This document shows, piece by piece, positions 26,084 through 38,477 of a DNA stretch of 64,000 nt. The DNA comes from Somniosus microcephalus. Its lineage: Eukaryota. Both the position numbers and the translations under genes were made by a program. The notes beneath the pieces were generated by a model. The model was not told the DNA's origin. It worked only from the letters and a program-made list of their open reading frames with translations, and made no database searches. Location of the stretch: the NCBI GenBank assembly GCA_052327205.1, contig CM126230.1:27218001-27282000 (forward strand). Direction: 5' to 3'. Positions within the stretch are counted from its first letter, which is position 1. Every line of letters begins with the position of its first letter.

Positions 26084-27995
26084 TAATAGCTGCCTGAAGG
26101 GGGAATGAGTTCAAGATCATACAACTTACAGTTTGGCTCCAATTCTGGAATACTACTATACCTGAAGAAGTTGGAAAGGTTATAAAAAAGCCAACAGCCT
26201 TTTCACATTTCCTGGACCTGCTCTCAAGTTCAACCATATGAGACAATGATACTGGAAGTTGCTTGGCCTGGTACTAGGATCACAATTCCTTCATTGTCGT
26301 TTGCTACTTCCAGTAGACCAATGGACCTTGGAAGATGGGCTATCTCATTAGTCTCTCTTTATAATGTACAATGATGCATCTTGGTTACGTGGTGTCACAG
26401 GGTATTGCTAGTGTCATCTGTCTGGATTCAGATAGCTTGGAAAATGGCCTAGCCACAGTCTGGTTGAATCAAGTCAAGCTCCTTTCTGCACCGTTTTCTT
26501 TCCTGGGGTAGTTCCCAGGAATGCACAGGATACCAGATCCACAATGTTAGTTTGAGCTCTCTTCCAACTCCATGTTCACAGCAAAAGTCAGTTTCCATAA
26601 TCAGATAAACACCTTCTGTGATCAGAAACTTACAACCTTATATGTGCTGTAAATGGGACAGCTTGCCAGAGAATCAACAATGAGCCTTTTAACAGTGTAA
26701 GCAAAGATATACAAGTTGCCTACCACATGTCCACTCCCAAAGACAGAAAACACCACACTGCCAGACCATAGCATTCAGGCTAAAACTAATAGTTATATTT
26801 ATTTACAAGAATAATAAGGACACATAAGCAAGAGAATAACAACAACAACAATTTGTATTTATATAGCGCCTTTAACGTAGTAAAACGTCCCAAGGCGAAT
26901 AGAGTGCTTGACTTACACAATAGTTCAACTGGTTCAAAAATAATAGCTTATTCTGTTCCAAGCAGGCTTTGGAACTCCAGATAAAAGCAGGCCTTTATCA
27001 CTCAGCATGTAATCATGGTATATTAATTAATGTTGGCATTCTTGTAGACACAGTAAATGTTTGGTCATTCTGGTGGGCTTTGATTACTTTTGACACATGA
27101 TTTGTAAATCAAATAGCTTGGCTTGGAGAAAAATCTGAGTGTCTGACAGACATCTACAAGTTTTACATGCATTTAATCTTTCAAAGACTTAATAAAATTT
27201 CTGATGCAATAATTATGTATAATTACTTTCCTTCGAAAAATACAGTCCCCATAAAAATATACATATGTTTGGACAGTATTTGCACATTGTGTCTTTTACC
27301 CACAAAAACAAAGGAAATCTTGCAAGAATACAGCAAACTCAACCCTCGTTTACATTCACAATATTTTGGTCTGTCTAAAGTTTCAGCTTGTAGCGCAAAG
27401 AAATGTTTTCCCATGTGACACCTGCTTCTGTCACACAGGCCCTGCTGGAGTGTCTCTCTGTCAGGACCCTAAGCGGGGTACATTCAATCCAAGTGTCCTG
27501 TTTCCTCCTCCCCTCCTAGAATGGACCTTACATCCTTGTACCCTATGTCATGACTGTGAAGACTGGTCACTGGCCTGGTCTTGTACTTTTTTCCATTCTT
27601 TCTCTGGTCATCTTTTGTCATGTGCAGTTAATCATTCTTGTCTCCTGGGTGGAGATAAAGACTGAGGATACTGTATTTCCCCACCCTCTACCAATTAAGG
27701 AGCATAGCCTCTTCACATTTGTATTCAGACCGTGGTGCTGTGCTCAACCATAAATGTTACCTCCATAATTGCTCGCTGTTGACAAAATATTATTCCTTCA
27801 ATAAATTATTTAAAAAAAATTATGTTCATCTACTATAGCATGTTACAAAGAGGTCAGGCAAATATTTGTTGTATCTATATAGTCATTAAAATGTAAAATA
27901 AAATCTATCAAAATAGAACTAGACAAGAGTAGCAATCAAATCTATTTCAGTGACAGCATCCAAACGGTTTAAAAAAAAAAAAAAAAAAAAATTAC

Positions 27996-28155
27996 CTCTT
28001 TTTCAGCCTCCATCTCCTCTTCTGAAACAGCAGCACTGGATATTACCAATGGGGTCCACCGCAGGCTTTCTTGGTCCACTTCATTAACACGTGGATTGGA
28101 ATGCAACTTTCCTACATGCTCCTGAATCAGTTTTTGCCTTCGAATTATAACAAAT
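27996..28155 (-). CDS. KAT6B: KAT6B exon 15 equivalent (end of MYST domain)
   Basis: ttttgtag|A TTT...GAG|gtaatt; 160 nt, phase 2 to 0; [13 protein letters not shown]...[23 protein letters not shown]. Confidence 0.93.
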
Positions 28156-28184
28156 CTACAAAACAAAGATGCATTTTGTATCAT

Positions 28185-29146
28185 TGATATATATAAATGA
28201 CCTGGATATTGGAATAAAAAGTAGAATTTCTAAATTTGCCGATGACACCAAACTTAGGGGTGTGGCAAACAGTGATGATGATACCAATCGACTGCAACAG
28301 GACATAGAAAGGCTAGCAGAATGGGTAGACAAGTGGCAGATGGACTTTAATATAGAGAAGTGTGAGGTAATGCATTTTGGCAGAAGGAACAGAGAGAGGC
28401 AATATAGACTTAATGGCACAGTTTTAAAGAGTGTGCAGGGACAGAGAGACCTGGGAATTAATGTGCATAGGTCCCTGAAGGTGGCAGGACATATTGAGAG
28501 AGTGGTTAGCAAAGCATGTGGGATCTTGCGTTTCATAAATAGAGGTACTGAGTACAAAAGTAGAGAAGTTATGCTGAATCTTTATAAAGCGCTGGTTAGG
28601 CCACAACTGGAGTATTGCGTCCAGTTCTGGTCACCACACTTTAGGAAGGATGTGAAGACCCTTGAGAGGGTGCAGAGGAGATTTACCAGAATGGTTCTGG
28701 GGATGGGGGTTCTTAGCTACAAGGACAGGTTGGAGAAGCTGGATTTGTTTTCATTAGAGCAAAGAAGGTTGTGGGGTGATTTGATAGAGGTGTACAAGAT
28801 TATGATGGGTTTGGATAGGCTAGACGGGGAAAGGCTGTTCCCACTAGTTGATGGTACAAGGGCTAGGGGGCACAGATTTAAGGTTCTGGGCAAGAGATAC
28901 AGGGGGAATGTGAGGAAAAACTTTTTTACGCAGCGAGGGGTGAGGACCTGGAACTCACTGCCGACAGAAGTGGTGGAAGCGGAGACACTCCATGTTTTCA
29001 AGGGGAGACTGGATAGGCACTTGAAGGAAATAAACTTGCAGGGCTACGGGGAGAGCGGGGGAATGGGATTGACTCGATTGCTCTACAGAGAGCCGGCATG
29101 AACTCGATGGGCCGAATGGCCTCCTTCTGTGCCGTTATGACTCTAT
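28185..29146 (+). mobile_element. Young 5'-truncated CR1 LINE
   Basis: Uninterrupted 310-aa ORF from IYINDLD / KFADDTKL through the ORF2 C-terminus; CR1 3' end with ttatgactctatg tail. Confidence 0.96.
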
Positions 29147-29946
29147 GGGGGGAATTTTGCCAGCCCTGGGGAGGCGGGGAAATGGCAGAAGCTGGGAGCA
29201 GGTACTGAACCCGCTCCCAACCCGCCTCCGCACCATCTTCCCGGGAGGCGGGTCCCCGACTCCTGCAGGGACCCAGCTCCTCGAGGCGGGAAGGGGATTA
29301 CAGCAAATTAACTGCCCGTTAAGAGGCTATCCCCATTTTACCCCTGCAAGTGCGGGCTTCCCAAAGGCTGCGAACCATGCCAGGGTCAGCAAGGCGAGCA
29401 GTGGGTCTGCGGGAGTGAGAGGGGTCAGAAAGTGCGCTGTGGAGGTGAGTGATGGGTGCAAGTGTGGAGAGGTAAGTATGAGAGGTGAGTGTAAAGTGTT
29501 AGAAAAATTTACTTACCTTTGTTTCTTCCTGCAGGCTTCAACCCTTGGGGATCCGGGGGTGCCTCATCTCAACGGCAGAGATGACAGAATGGCTGCTGCA
29601 TTCTCAGATGCAGCAGCCATCTGATTTCTACTGAGGAAAGAGGTTTGGTGAGTCTTCAGTACAAGGGCTCACCTTAGAACAGAGATTGTCAGTGTTTGAC
29701 AGCTTCCCAAAGCTGTCAAACGCTGACAATTTATCTGTCAAAATTTTTTGACAGATGAAACGTCATACGCTGACGTCCTCCGTCACTGGCTTTCCCTTAA
29801 ATGGCCAGCTAAGCCCGCAGGGCGAGCTTAACAAGATCAATCAAGGGAAAATAGCATGGGTTGGCCAGACGTCGTTGGGGGTGGGACTGAAACCCGACAA
29901 CCAGCAGCCCCGCCCCCAATGCTCCCCCATTGACAAAATCCAGCCC
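29147..29946. mobile_element. Non-autonomous DNA element with 3-bp TSD (PIF/Harbinger-like), nested in the CR1 tail
   Basis: TAT|ggggggaattttg ... caaaatccagccc|TAT; GC-rich. Confidence 0.7.
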
Positions 29947-30496
29947 TATGACCCGATGATATTGCTCTTAATTATGTTTTGACTCTCCAGAGGATTCACC
30001 AAATAATTGTCTCATTTATGTCGTTAGTAAAGTCCTCATCTGATCAGGATCTGCTTTTGTAAACATTTTCAGTGGTGAGCGTTTTTCTCCGTTCCTAAAA
30101 CGGCAATCTGTGTGACAAGCAATGGCATTATTGCAAATATGCAGATTCCTTGGCTCATTCATAAGAAAATGTCCTCAACTATACATGCTTTTGTGATGAG
30201 ATGCAATACCACAACTTCGCATTGTAGTACTGTTTCCAAATCGAAAGTATGAGTGCCCAACCCATTGTGATGCTACACTTTTCCTTCCTTAAAAGAATAC
30301 CATAGAGACCATTCATGATGATCTGTGAAATATTCTTTCTATGAGACAACCAGTTAACCCAATAACTGATTGCAACATACAAACGATTTAATATCTGAAA
30401 TTTCATTTTGTAATAATAAATGGGCACGATCATTAAAAACAGAAATTGCTGGAAACGCTCAGCTGGTCAGGCATCTCTGGAGAACACAGAGTTAAT

Positions 30497-30765
30497 GGGG
30501 GCGATTTTAACCTTACTCGCTCAACAGAAACCTGGTAGGTGGGCAGTTAAAATCGCCCCTGGCTCTTACCTGTCCGAAAGCTGCCATGATCGCAACATCT
30601 GCAATTTTAACCTGCTGTCCTGAGCAGGCAACAAGGACAGGCGCCCGGAGCCAACAGGGTCCTTCTTTACATATGCATGTTGCGGCCCAATGACATCGTT
30701 GAAACCAGACTGCAATTTTAACTCAGGCCTGAGCGGGGAATCCACCTGGAGTTAAAATCTGGGCC
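30497..30765. mobile_element. MITE with 3-bp TSD (PIF/Harbinger-like)
   Basis: AAT|gggggcgattttaac ... gttaaaatctgggcc|AAT; removing it restores the host repeat. Confidence 0.8.
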
Positions 30766-30799
30766 AATGTTTCAGGTCGATGACCTTTCATCAGAGCTC
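30766..30799 (-). ncRNA. Minimal type-I hammerhead ribozyme core (probably inactivated)
   Basis: CUGAUGA-A-[AGGUC-AUC-GACCU]-GAAA-C-AUU; the stem I partner aacuc lies beyond the MITE at 30493-30489. Confidence 0.6.
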
Positions 30800-31507
30800 C
30801 ATCAAATGTGAAGAGCCTTCACATTAGGTTATGCGAGCTCACCAGGAATATCTAGTTGCCATCTTAAGAATCAGGTTAGTGGGCAAATGGAGAAACTGCA
30901 TTTATGTAACACTTTGTCAGGTCTCTCTGAAACACCTCAATGTATTTCACAGACAATGCCTTTATATTGCACTCAGGCCAAGCTTGTATTGCACGGTCAT
31001 GTTGCCCAGGTGTCCTGCAGCTAGCTGCAGCCTGAAAGCAAATTTTCTAGGATTCACTAAAGTGGTCAGTTTTTACAGCTATGCAATTCTTAGCAGTGAT
31101 TTGAACCATTAGAATAGGCAGACAGGAATTCTCTTTAACATCTCATCAGGGAACAGCGTAAAACAGGGCAAGTTCCAAAAATATTATAATTCTCTATCAT
31201 ATAGTTCAACTTTAAATAAAGTGAAAATACACATTTTCAAAAGTCAACTTGTTAAGGCTTTTCCAGTAATAATACAGTATTCACTTAATTCTGCGGAGGT
31301 GTCTGAACTGTTAAACATTAAAGCTGATTGAGGAGTTAAAGGCTGCAAACTTTACAGGAAGATACGCAATATGTAATTCAGAGAGATGATGTCAATCATG
31401 GAATCTGGAAAATGATTCTAGTGAAATGATGTAATTATGTAATGTTTGTCAAAACCAAGGCCGTGAATTTGTTTACACCTTATGTTTACCTTACATATTA
31501 TACCTAC

Positions 31508-31739
31508 TTGCATTGTTGCTTGTCAATCATCTTTAGCTGCTGTAGAGTCATTGCAATGTCATGTGGACACATCCCTGTTTCCCTGCTAATACCCTTTATA
31601 CTGATATGCTTGTCCTGATGCCGCTGCAGGTATTCTAGTATTACACTCTTCCAGTAGGCCAGGTACGAAAGCCGTCCCAGGTCAGACAGGGGCTTTTCAG
31701 GTGATCCTGCCTGTCCCTCTTGCCTTGAAAGTAAGTAGC
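31508..31739 (-). CDS. KAT6B: KAT6B exon 14 equivalent (MYST domain, catalytic Glu motif)
   Basis: tatag|GC...AA|gtaggt; 232 nt, phase 1 to 2; [37 protein letters not shown]. Confidence 0.95.
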
Positions 31740-32839
31740 CTATATACAGACCACAGAAAATGCCATTAATAACACAGAAACAAAATAACATTTAGCCCAT
31801 TTAAATCATTTTGTTACTTTGATCCATATACTGGACCAACTCAGACTATTTCTCAGAATCTGAGGTACTCCACATAAGACAGCTGTTGAATTTAACACCT
31901 TGGCGCTAAATTCTGCTGGACACCTTTCAATGAAATTGTAAACATGAGTAAGTTTCTTGGCCCCTTTCCAACAGAATGTTGCATGTCCGAAAAAGATGGG
32001 AGAAAAATATTTTTTTAAATTGGGGGGGGGGGGGGGGGGGGGGGAGAAAAGAAAGAGAATTACTCGTTTAACAATAATTCTAAATATTGTGGAACAACAT
32101 ATTTTCCAGTTTCATTATCAACTACAAATGGTCATTGCTTTGTGTGAAATACAGCTGCACTTAATTGAATCAGTTTTCCTGATGACTAATCATTCAGTGC
32201 CATTAAATAAATTTGTGGAGAGGGCAGTGAAACAAACCATTCTACGATCTCAGCGAGAGGAAAGATTGCAATTAGTGTGTGTTGGGGATGAGCAAAAAAA
32301 GACAGTCTTATTATTAAATATTGCTGAATGTGAAGCAACAACCAGTGTCCCAGCTGAAGGAGACAGAAGGAAGCAGTGAGAAACATAAATGGCAAAGAGA
32401 AAATGGCAACATTTTAAAGGAAGCAAAGAAATTTGCTGGAAGATGTTCACTAACATTTAGCTAAAGACATGTTTTATTGCCTTCTGTGCACATCAACACA
32501 ATTACCACACCAGGCTTAAAACAACATGCTCAGAACTTCTATCACAAGGCATGATTTAATCTTTTCATAGAGTTCACGTTGTAAGAGATACTGAAGTAAT
32601 CTTTAAATCACAATTAGAGAAAACCCATACTAGATAATTAATGGAAGCTGGCAGCTGTCTCCATTTGGAAAATGCACTTCAAAAGGCAGCAGGGAATCGG
32701 TACAAAGTAAAGAGGATTCGCTTCCGATGATTAACCTTGGCTACACAGGTCAATACATAACGCAACCACAAAGTAATGAGGCAAAATGTTTTTAAAAGTC
32801 CTCTATAGTTTTATTCTGAATTTGGAGGCGGGAAGAGAA

Positions 32840-33410
32840 ATTAAATAGGGATATAAATAAATTGGATGAAGACAGCGAGTTGTATATCCAAGTTTGCAGG
32901 TGACACTAAGTTAGGAGGTGCAGCAGGTTGTGTGGACAGGAGCAGGAAGTTGCAAAGGGACATAGACAGATTAAGTTAGTGTGCAAAACTATGGCAGATG
33001 GAGTTCAAGGTGGAGAGGTGCAAGGTTATCTGCTTTGGATCTGAGAAAGAAAAATTGGAATATTTTCTTAATGGTGAGAGAATAGGAGATTTTTTAATAG
33101 ATTTTTGGGATGTGGGCGTTGCTGGCAAGGCTGGCATTTATTGCCAATCTCTAGTTGCCCTTGAGAAGGTGGTGGTGAGCCGCCTTCTTGAACCACCGCA
33201 GTCCTTGTGGTGAAGGTACTCCCTTAATTGGGTTGGGAGTTCCAGAATTTCAACTCTCTGACAATAAAAGTATGGCGATATATGTCTAAATCAGGGTGGT
33301 GCATGACTTGGAGGGGGACTTGGAAGTGATGGTGTTCCCATCCTCCTGCTTCCCTTGTCCTAGGTGGTGGAGGTTGCGGGTTTTGGGAGGTGCTGTCGAA
33401 GAAGCCTCTC
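32840..33410. mobile_element. CR1 fragment (+) joined to the 3' end of a second LINE family (-)
   Basis: SKFAGDTKLG / WQMEF on + to about 33085, then a reverse LINE 3' end gctggcatttattgcc...gccttcttgaacc. Confidence 0.7.
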
Positions 33411-35602
33411 TCCTACTTACAAGGCAATTTTCTCTTTCCATTCCCATCACTTTATTGTTCGATTATTTTTCCATTTTCCTTTCCATTTGTTTAATATTTT
33501 TATTCTCCTTCATTGTATTAACTTACTCTTTCATATTCTTTAGCTTTCTTTTTCTGTTCTCAGGATCAAAAATGAGGTAGGGTAACATTACAGCAAGGAA
33601 CTGGGTAAAAACATTGGAGTGGAAATGAAAACATATTTTGGGGATGGGGAAGAAGAATGAAAGGATGCAAGTGAAGAAGCAGAAACATTTTTGATCATAT
33701 CTTCATTGGAAAAGTTGCAATGGGATAAACAGAACCAAGATAATGGTTAAAAAAGCAATGCAGCTGTTCGCAAGCAGAGATTGAGAGAATAATCAGCAAA
33801 CCATGAAATGCTGACAAAATGCTCAGACCATTCAGAATCATGCATCATTAAATCAACAGATTTTGCAATGATATCAGCCAGATTCTGTTCTGAAACCTCT
33901 CTCTGGGACAAGCAATTAGCTATAGTAACTTAAAAAAATTAGAGTTGTTACCTGCATTTTAGGTTAATATTCACACAATACAACATTGAAATATTTTACA
34001 TTTTTTTTAAACCTATAACAATGATTTTATTTGAAACAACTATTTCAAACTGTACAGAAAATGCAAGTACAAGTCTATTGGGGAAATATTAATGACCGAA
34101 AGGAATGTCAATTTTTCAAATAAAGCAAACAAAATATTGCACCAATTTCTGCAGAATGTCAAATTATTCTTCCCTTTAAGAAATATAGCTGTACCTACAT
34201 GAGCTTATGTTACAATGCACCATATATACACACTCTGAATCTTTTAATGCTTATAACTACCTTGAGTAAAATACTATTACTTAAACATTAATTACTTAGA
34301 AGAAAAAGACCACACAAAAAACAAAATACAACGAAACAGTGCAGACAAGTTGACCTATGAGTTACTCAAAGCATTATACTACTTGTTGTAAATACAGAGA
34401 ACATGGGAGCTTCTTACAAAAGTCTTATTACTAGAACACCAGCATCCTTCCAATATAATTTGCTACAATGAGACTGTTAAATGCCCTATTAGTACTATCC
34501 AAAGCAGATTCCACATCCCAGCACCACGCCGAAAACCCTCTATAGAAAAAGTTACAATAAAACCAAATTCTGCAAAAACAAGGGAACAGCTTGGTTAATG
34601 CAAATCTCTCCGAGCACCGTGGGGCCCTCCCAGCTGCAACTGAGGGGCTACGTTTTGGCAAAAACCGACAGTACAAACTTTATTGGGCACAGCAAAATCC
34701 CAGCCTTCATATTATTTTATTTTATGCATGATTGGATATGAACAGTTAGATCTTGCTAGGCTCATTACCAAACGGATATTCTAAGAGGGAGATAGTGCTT
34801 GGTTACTGTGACCTCAAGTCAAGTGACAGCAATGAAGAGGTCAGAGTGGGAATGTTTCTACCCAAATGTTTTGAGACCTCATGCAGCCCTTTAGAGGCCC
34901 ATGAGAACAATCCAGGAGCCCTTAACAGAAGATCTCATAAAGCAAGTTGTTTTTCACTCCCCATTACTTTGGAATAGGCGTACATATTTGCATGCTGAGT
35001 TATGTGTTCCTAGGACACAGAAGAGGCAGCCTGGGAAGATGGCCAGTATACACTGCATCTTTAATACCAATTTTACAGAACTTGAGACTGCTTTGTGTAT
35101 AACGCAAGGGACATTCTTTCACGGAGACTTAGAAAGAGATCAATGACCATTTCCTGAAAGTATCAAAAGTAATTTTCAAAACGCATCATCTGTGCTTCAT
35201 TTAGTTTCCTATTGCTTGAATAAAATATAATTATTATATTTGAAAAAGCTTTTGAAATATTTAAAATTTTTCTTGTACCCAACTGTTTGATCTATAGAAC
35301 ATACTGATTAAATTGACTGCACTCTGTTTCATTTCAACCTTTAACAATTTGTTTCAGCCTACTGGCTTTGTGTGCTGGCATATGCTCTGACAGTTGTATT
35401 CTTAATTCAAGCTGAGAGGAATCAGAAGGGTAACATTTTCATACTTGAAGGAGTAGCAAGCCCTCAAATAAGTGACAATATTCTATTACTTAATGATGCA
35501 CAAATCAAAGCAGTCACATCAAGATTAAAATGCATGCGTTTACCAATTTTTGTAGCCCGTTACTTACAAGAACTAACACCCCCAACTCTCTGACAAAGAT
35601 CA

Positions 35603-35752
<150 letters not shown>

Positions 35753-37350
35753 CTAGTTTGTCAGTGCACTGCTGATGCAGACAACACATGTCACCTACCA
35801 CTGTCCTTGCAAAATGTCACACTAATCTAGGCAAACACTGATTGTTAATAACAATGATATATGACAATCTGTTACTGTTGTTTTCAATCAAACCCAAGTT
35901 GTCATCTCTGCTCTTTGACAAACTTGTTAATGCACAAGGTTTATCCAGGTCATAAAATCTTTTCAACTTAATTTTTCAATATAGCAATCTAAGTACACAC
36001 TCCTTAGAAAAGCGTGGTGTGCATAGCAGCCTCCTCTGAAATGCACCTCAGACACGTTTAACATTTAAAAATGTGTAATGGGTTATATTTTGTACAAAAC
36101 ATAACATGAATGTATAATTCAAATTAACATCCAACAGTTAATGGGATCAATTTAAGGTGTAAATACTGTGCTGCTCCAGAAATAAGCACATTTTAAACAG
36201 TGCAGCAGAGTAATTTAAAATCATTTAACATATTTTGCTTATCAATATATAGCAGGGAATTAAAGCAGTATGGTGCGACATGAATTGCACTCCACTTTAT
36301 TAGACTGATCCAAATAATAGATGTGTTACAAAACTAGCAGGCTTTGTTATACCTGCACCAAAAGGTGAAAGAATACATTACTTACCTTTACGTGTAGTCT
36401 TCATTTTCCAAATTAAATTAGCATCCATGTGACATGGGTAAGGTCAACTTATCCACAGGAAAATCACTAGGAATCCCTATCCCTTCAACATGCAACCCTC
36501 CCGCTGCACTGCATATGATGCCTAGCATTGTTATCTTCAGATATTAAAAAGTCAAACCGCAGACAATTAAACAAGGGAACCAGCAACAGGAGTCTGGCGC
36601 TTTTGAAAACCAAACAGCAAATGAATAATCCAGGATATGATCCTGAATGGCATTGTCACTGAATATTTAATTGATGAATATAAGCATGAATTCACCGTTT
36701 GAAGAAAAATTGGATGTCACCATGACACCCTGAAATGCACCAATGCATAGTGCCCTAAGTGGTGTGTGCAGCTTTGATTCACTAACTCTACAGAGTTCCT
36801 AATTTCAGCCACAGTATGCAAAAAGGATGCCAATCAGAATGCTAGTCTTTCCCTGTATGGGGAAGGAAGAGTCAGAGGGCAAGCTGTCATCAGACTGCGC
36901 ACCTAGCAGCAACCTAAGACAGCATTTTGAAGAGGCCATGGAATGTGCTGCATCCCTGGCCTGCTGGCCTCAACTTGTGCATGGCCCAATTCACAGCCTG
37001 GGAAGCAAAAACATTCAAAATGATCTCGATGGGGAGAGGAAAAATTATTAAAATTAAAAAAAAAGCTACAGTTAAAGGTGCATAATCTTCCTTCTTTATT
37101 TGTTATCTATGGCTTGTGGCGGATAATGTCACAAAAGTAAGGAAGAGGGAGACTTCCTCTGCTTACAAATCAAGCTGTAGCGCTGTCAAATTGCATAAGA
37201 CAATTTTGATAAGGATGAATTATTTCGGATAGAGTTTGCGAAAATGCTATATAATATATGGTTGAAATCACCCTGCGCTGTAGCTACTACAGAAATGGAA
37301 TGCTATTTAATGTAGTCAATAGGATCTTTTTCTAGTACCAATGCAGATGT

Positions 37351-37760
37351 TCAGCCTTGGCTCAGTGGTAGTACGCTCGCTTCTGAGTCAGAAGGTTGTG
37401 GACACTTCAGTTTAGTACTGAGGGAGTGCTGCACTGTCAGACATGCCGTCTTTCAGATGAAACATTGAACCGAGGTCCTGTCTGCCTTCCCAGGTGGAAG
37501 TCAAAGATCCCATGACACAATTCGAAGAAAAGCAGAAGAGTTCTCCTGGTGTCCTGGCTAATATTGATCCCTCAACCAACATGACTCCAAAACAGATTAT
37601 CTGGTCATTATCTTCTTGCTGTTTGTGGGGGCTTGCTGTGTGCAAATTGGCTGCCGCATTTCTTACATTACAACGGTGACCCTACACTTCAAAATTGCTT
37701 GTAAAGCGCTTTGGGGCATCCTGGGGTCATGAAAAGCACCATATAAATGCAAGTCTTTCT
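37351..37760 (+). mobile_element. SacSINE1-like DeuSINE, near full length
   Basis: A box tggctcagtggta, Deu core, L2-like tail gtaaagcgctttgggg...atataaatgcaagt. Confidence 0.88.
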
Positions 37761-38477
37761 CTCATGAAGTTTTGTGTCTGCAGGGTACCAACACTTCATT
37801 GAATTTCCTTATTTTTTGTTATTTTGTGACATACAGAAAACTCTCCTGACATTCAAAGGTAAACTTGCTTTCCAATTCAGAATTCTGTCAGATGGGAAAG
37901 AAAAATGGTGCTGCGATTTCTTGGACCACATTTCGTTCAGGTATTATCTTAAGCAGAAATACTGGACGTGGTCTAATGTTGTTCTCATGTTAAATGAAAT
38001 AATGGAGATCAGTGGCCACACAATCAATTTAATGAAACTGGCTGACACAACAGCCATCAGAAAGCCAGTTTTTCACATCAGGAACTACATTACAACTGTA
38101 GCCTCAGGCCCAAGAGAGTGTATATTATCTAGTATTACAGCTTGTGCAACATGAGATTTAGATCTAATTCAGGTTTTTAGCAGCACTCTTACATTAGAAG
38201 CAGCCTTATTTTACATAACCTTCTCAAATCTAGACCTTTGGATTTTTAACCAATGGTTCGCCAATTGATCCTCACTCTGAATAAATCATTACCAGTATGG
38301 CTACGGCAGCAGCTATGAAAGAAATGCTTTTTAAGACTGTTTAGCAGTTCTACAAATAGAGAATATCATGCGGTGATATCCTATCCCTTTTCTGGAACCA
38401 GGTTTAAAATTTCATGTTGTTAATCACTTTCAGAAGTAGACCTTAGGCATGCAGCATTTTAGTAAATAAAATAGAGA

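Larger units (their letters stand above)
30434..30800 (-). mobile_element. Penelope-type short repeat with hammerhead core, split by a MITE
   Basis: aaaaacagaaattgctggaaacgctcagc...gagttaat [MITE] aatgtttcaggtcgatgacctttcatcagagctc; matches the 970-1110 family. Confidence 0.65.

Noticed and set aside
29620-29660. Another CUGAAGA...GAAA spacing on the - strand
   Set aside because: No stem II pairing; not a hammerhead
37355-37400. tRNA-like sequence
   Set aside because: SINE head with A box; no complete cloverleaf
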